A stretch of 64,000 nucleotides of DNA from an uncultured Candidatus Peribacteria bacterium (GTDB taxonomy: Bacteria > Patescibacteriota > Gracilibacteria > Peribacterales > Peribacteraceae). Shown one piece after another: positions 61,603-64,000 of this stretch (the first letter of the stretch is position 1; each line of letters opens with the position of its first letter). The notes beneath the pieces were generated by a model that saw only the letters and a program-made list of their open reading frames with translations, was not told where the DNA came from and made no database searches. A program made the position numbers and the translations under genes. The DNA lies in contig CAZRVH010000001.1 of the NCBI GenBank assembly GCA_964603635.1, positions 51,386 through 115,385 on the forward strand. The letters are read 5' to 3'.

Positions 61603-62625
61603 TCAGCTTTCACGGGACATCTCCCCCGCGGTGTTTTTGGCGAACATGTCGGCGATTTCTCCCGGATCGCGTGTTTGGCCGAGGATCCATTTGAGTTTCA
61701 CGTAGGCGGATTCCGGCGTCATGTCACCCGTCGGCAACACCCCAAGCTCCACCACCTTTCGTCCCACATCGTACAGGTACATGCGCGTGGTGCCGTAGAT
61801 GCACTGCGTGGAGATGACCACCGGGATGTTTTTTTTCTGCGCCTTGCGGATACTGGGGAGCAGGGAATTTTCCTCGGACGGCAGGTTGCCGGGTCCGAAT
61901 GATTCCAGGATGAGGCCGTCTATGCCTTGGGCGATGATGGCATCGATTGTTTTCGGCGAGAGCCCCGGCGTGCACTTCACGGCGACCACGTCCCCGTTGA
62001 ACGAATTCTGTACCGACAGTTCCCCGCTGTGGCGGTGGCGGACATTCGGATACGTCAGCTCGGGTTGCAGGCGGATGGATCCAAGATCCGGGAAGACGGG
62101 CGAGATGAACGCGTTACGCTCGCTTTCGCTTACTTTCATGCTTCGGTTTCCGCGCAGGATCTTGGTGCCGAAGACGATGCACACCTCCGCCAGATCCATC
62201 GTCGCCACCTGGCACGCATTCACGAGGTTGGTCAACGCGTCGCTTCCCAAAATCTCCGAAGGGACCTGCGACCCCGTCAGGACCACGGGCTTGCCGAGGT
62301 TCAGAAGCGCGAAGGAAAGAGCGGACGCGGTATACGCCATGGTGTCCGTGCCGTGCGTGACCACGAAGCCGTCGAAATTGTGATAATCCTTCCGGATTGC
62401 GTTCGCGATCTTCACCCAGTGGGATGGCTGCATATTCGTACTATCGATGTTCGTGATGGTCTTCGCGGTGATTTCAAACTCATCCCTCAGGCGCTTTTCC
62501 TGGTTCAAAAGGTCCGCCGCCGTGAGCTGCGGTTTCAGTGCCGAGGTGTGCACATCCTGTCTCATGCCGATGGTTCCGCCGCAATAAAGCAGGAGGAGGG
62601 ATGGTTTGCGTAGCTTGGACGTCAT
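61603..62625 (-). CDS. ansA: type I L-asparaginase
   Basis: 'LLLYCGGTIGM', 'VVTHGTDTMAYTASALSF' and 'PVVLTGSQ'. Confidence 0.85.
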   Translation of the reverse strand: MTSKLRKPSLLLLYCGGTIGMRQDVHTSALKPQLTAADLLNQEKRLRDEFEITAKTITNIDSTNMQPSHWVKIANAIRKDYHNFDGFVVTHGTDTMAYTASALSFALLNLGKPVVLTGSQVPSEILGSDALTNLVNACQVATMDLAEVCIVFGTKILRGNRSMKVSESERNAFISPVFPDLGSIRLQPELTYPNVRHRHSGELSVQNSFNGDVVAVKCTPGLSPKTIDAIIAQGIDGLILESFGPGNLPSEENSLLPSIRKAQKKNIPVVISTQCIYGTTRMYLYDVGRKVVELGVLPTGDMTPESAYVKLKWILGQTRDPGEIADMFAKNTAGEMSRES

Positions 62626-64000
62626 TGTGGGGTGATGCGGAAAATATGCGAAACGTAGGGGAGGCCGAAGAGGTACTCGTATGCGATCTGAAGCGGGCGC
62701 AACCGATCCGTGTTGAATCCCAATGTGATGGAAGACGGTTCGAATTTCAACAATTTCACGGGTGTCGTGAGAAGGCTTTGCAATTCGGAAATGGCCTCGA
62801 GGGGATTGGCGCCTTTCGCGTAGGAAAACCGGAAAGCGAAATGCATCGGGTAGCCGAGCAGTTCCTTCTGCACCAGGAGCGGCACGAATTCCTTCGAGAA
62901 GCGTTTTTCGTGCGCGGGTGCGTCCGCAGAAATGACTTCCATGATATCCGGTCCCGCCTGCAGTCCGATGATATTTCCCGATTGCAACTCGCCCATCTCG
63001 GTACGCAGCACGAAACGCATCGTCGAGGCACGCATCAACCCGGACATGCCGTGGAAAACGGCGGGATCAAGAAGGAGGAAGTCTTCCGGCATGCTGTGTT
63101 CCTCGATATGCTGGAAGGGATTGACGACGCCCGTCCCGATGTTCGCCAGCTCCGCTTGTTCGCCGTCTATCCTCTCTCGTACGGATTTTTGCCAGGTGAT
63201 GCTGAAGAAAGGATCCATCGCGATATCTACCGTGCGGTGGAGAAGGTCTTTTCCGCGGCGTATCTGTTCGCGCTTTGGCAGCGAGGCAAGACCGGAAAAG
63301 AGAAGGTTTTCAGCGAAGGATGTCCGCAGGAACCTGACGTCGGTCGCCGACCGCGCGAACTCCTTGCTTTGGTGGATCCGTACGATATCTCCTGCCTTCA
63401 CGGCATCCGTGAGCGCCACGGGCAAGCCGTTGACGGAAGCCGACACCGCGTGTTTTCCGGTCGATTCGCCGGCATAATAGGCAAGGTCCAAGACCGTCGC
63501 CTCCGAGGGAATGTCGATATCCCTCTTTTTTTCGTTGAGCACCACCGAAACACGGTTGCGATCCCCGAATATCTCGTTTTGGACGCTCGAGAAAAAGGCA
63601 TACAGATCATGTTCGTCGCGCTCCAGGGATACCAGGGTTTCCACCCATCCCGGCATCATCGTTGATTTCTTTGCCCCGTTTTTTTCCTGATACAGCATGG
63701 CCATGCCGTATTGCGCTCGCCTCGCCATGGAGGCGGTCTGGATGATGATGTCCACGGGATGGCCGGCTGACGTGAACACCGTCGTATGCAGCGCCTGGTA
63801 CCCGTTCATTTTCGGGGATGCGATATAGTCGTCTATCTGCTGCGGCAAGGGGGGCGAGAAATCATGGACGTCTCCCATGCATGAATAGCAGTCCCCGCCG
63901 TCCGGAATGCGTATGTGGACCCTGTGAAACGTCTCCACGTTGCGCAGTTGGGAGTCGCTGAGCTTGTGCTCCTTATAGATAGAATGGAAATGTCTTTTTG
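62622..64000 (-). CDS. RelA/SpoT-family (p)ppGpp synthetase, C-terminal part (5' end outside window)
   Basis: 'SPKMNGYQALHTTVFTSAGHPVDIIIQT' (synthetase domain). TGS-like 'IDIPSEATVLDLAYYAGESTGKHAVSASVNGLPVALTDAVKAGDIVRI'. The ORF stays open to the window edge. The stop overlaps the asparaginase start. Confidence 0.85.
   Translation of the reverse strand, partial: KRHFHSIYKEHKLSDSQLRNVETFHRVHIRIPDGGDCYSCMGDVHDFSPPLPQQIDDYIASPKMNGYQALHTTVFTSAGHPVDIIIQTASMARRAQYGMAMLYQEKNGAKKSTMMPGWVETLVSLERDEHDLYAFFSSVQNEIFGDRNRVSVVLNEKKRDIDIPSEATVLDLAYYAGESTGKHAVSASVNGLPVALTDAVKAGDIVRIHQSKEFARSATDVRFLRTSFAENLLFSGLASLPKREQIRRGKDLLHRTVDIAMDPFFSITWQKSVRERIDGEQAELANIGTGVVNPFQHIEEHSMPEDFLLLDPAVFHGMSGLMRASTMRFVLRTEMGELQSGNIIGLQAGPDIMEVISADAPAHEKRFSKEFVPLLVQKELLGYPMHFAFRFSYAKGANPLEAISELQSLLTTPVKLLKFEPSSITLGFNTDRLRPLQIAYEYLFGLPYVSHIFRITPQ

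Noticed and set aside
1-64000. An alternative genetic code (UGA recoding), considered because the gene content hints at an uncultivated lineage.
   Set aside because: Long conserved genes (ileS, alaS, kinases, helicase) read uninterrupted under the standard code. They end at expected positions, several of them at TGA stops that overlap downstream starts (ATGA/GTGA).

Overview
This is a 64-kb, high-GC bacterial chromosomal segment; sampled core lines are about 60-63% G+C. I cannot assign a taxon from the sequence alone. Many SLH-domain and repeat-rich secreted proteins, a short AlaRS and many DUF genes suggest an uncultivated lineage, but that is inference.

Well-supported core features:
- ileS, alaS, a partial relA/spoT-family gene and a type I asparaginase
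- tmRNA (ssrA) and tRNA-Asn(GTT)
- two tandem Cache-type sensor kinases
- a four-gene secreted-protein operon (4623-10908)
- an HTTM-DCC fusion and a VKOR homolog
- a DUF305 / Met-rich copper-type pair
- a TspO-DUF1295-DUF2177 cluster
- an operon of two histidine phosphatases, a nucleotidyltransferase and a NUDIX hydrolase

The accessory content is concentrated downstream of ssrA (31.6-43 kb). It is mosaic in base composition.

Most interesting observations:
1. An AT-rich three-gene operon (41106-42867) encodes a Clp-fold SDH-family serine protease plus two orphan proteins. It is a candidate undescribed defence/toxin module.
2. A 926-aa SF2 DEAH helicase carries an RpoD-type sigma-70 region 4 (37960-40740). 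It is bracketed by 52-bp direct repeats derived from a DoxX gene end, and it lies next to a stand-alone DUF2075-N / PD-(D/E)xK-like gene.
3. IleRS carries two histidine-phosphatase (RHGE) domains inserted into its catalytic core (58856-60076).
4. A 1.5-kb islet is flanked by a 15-bp repeat of the ssrA 3' end.
5. Diverged duplicates of the alaS 3' end and a methyltransferase 5' end bracket a two-gene membrane cassette.

No CRISPR array, rRNA, integrase or transposase was recognised. Many long antisense ORFs are GC-driven shadows.
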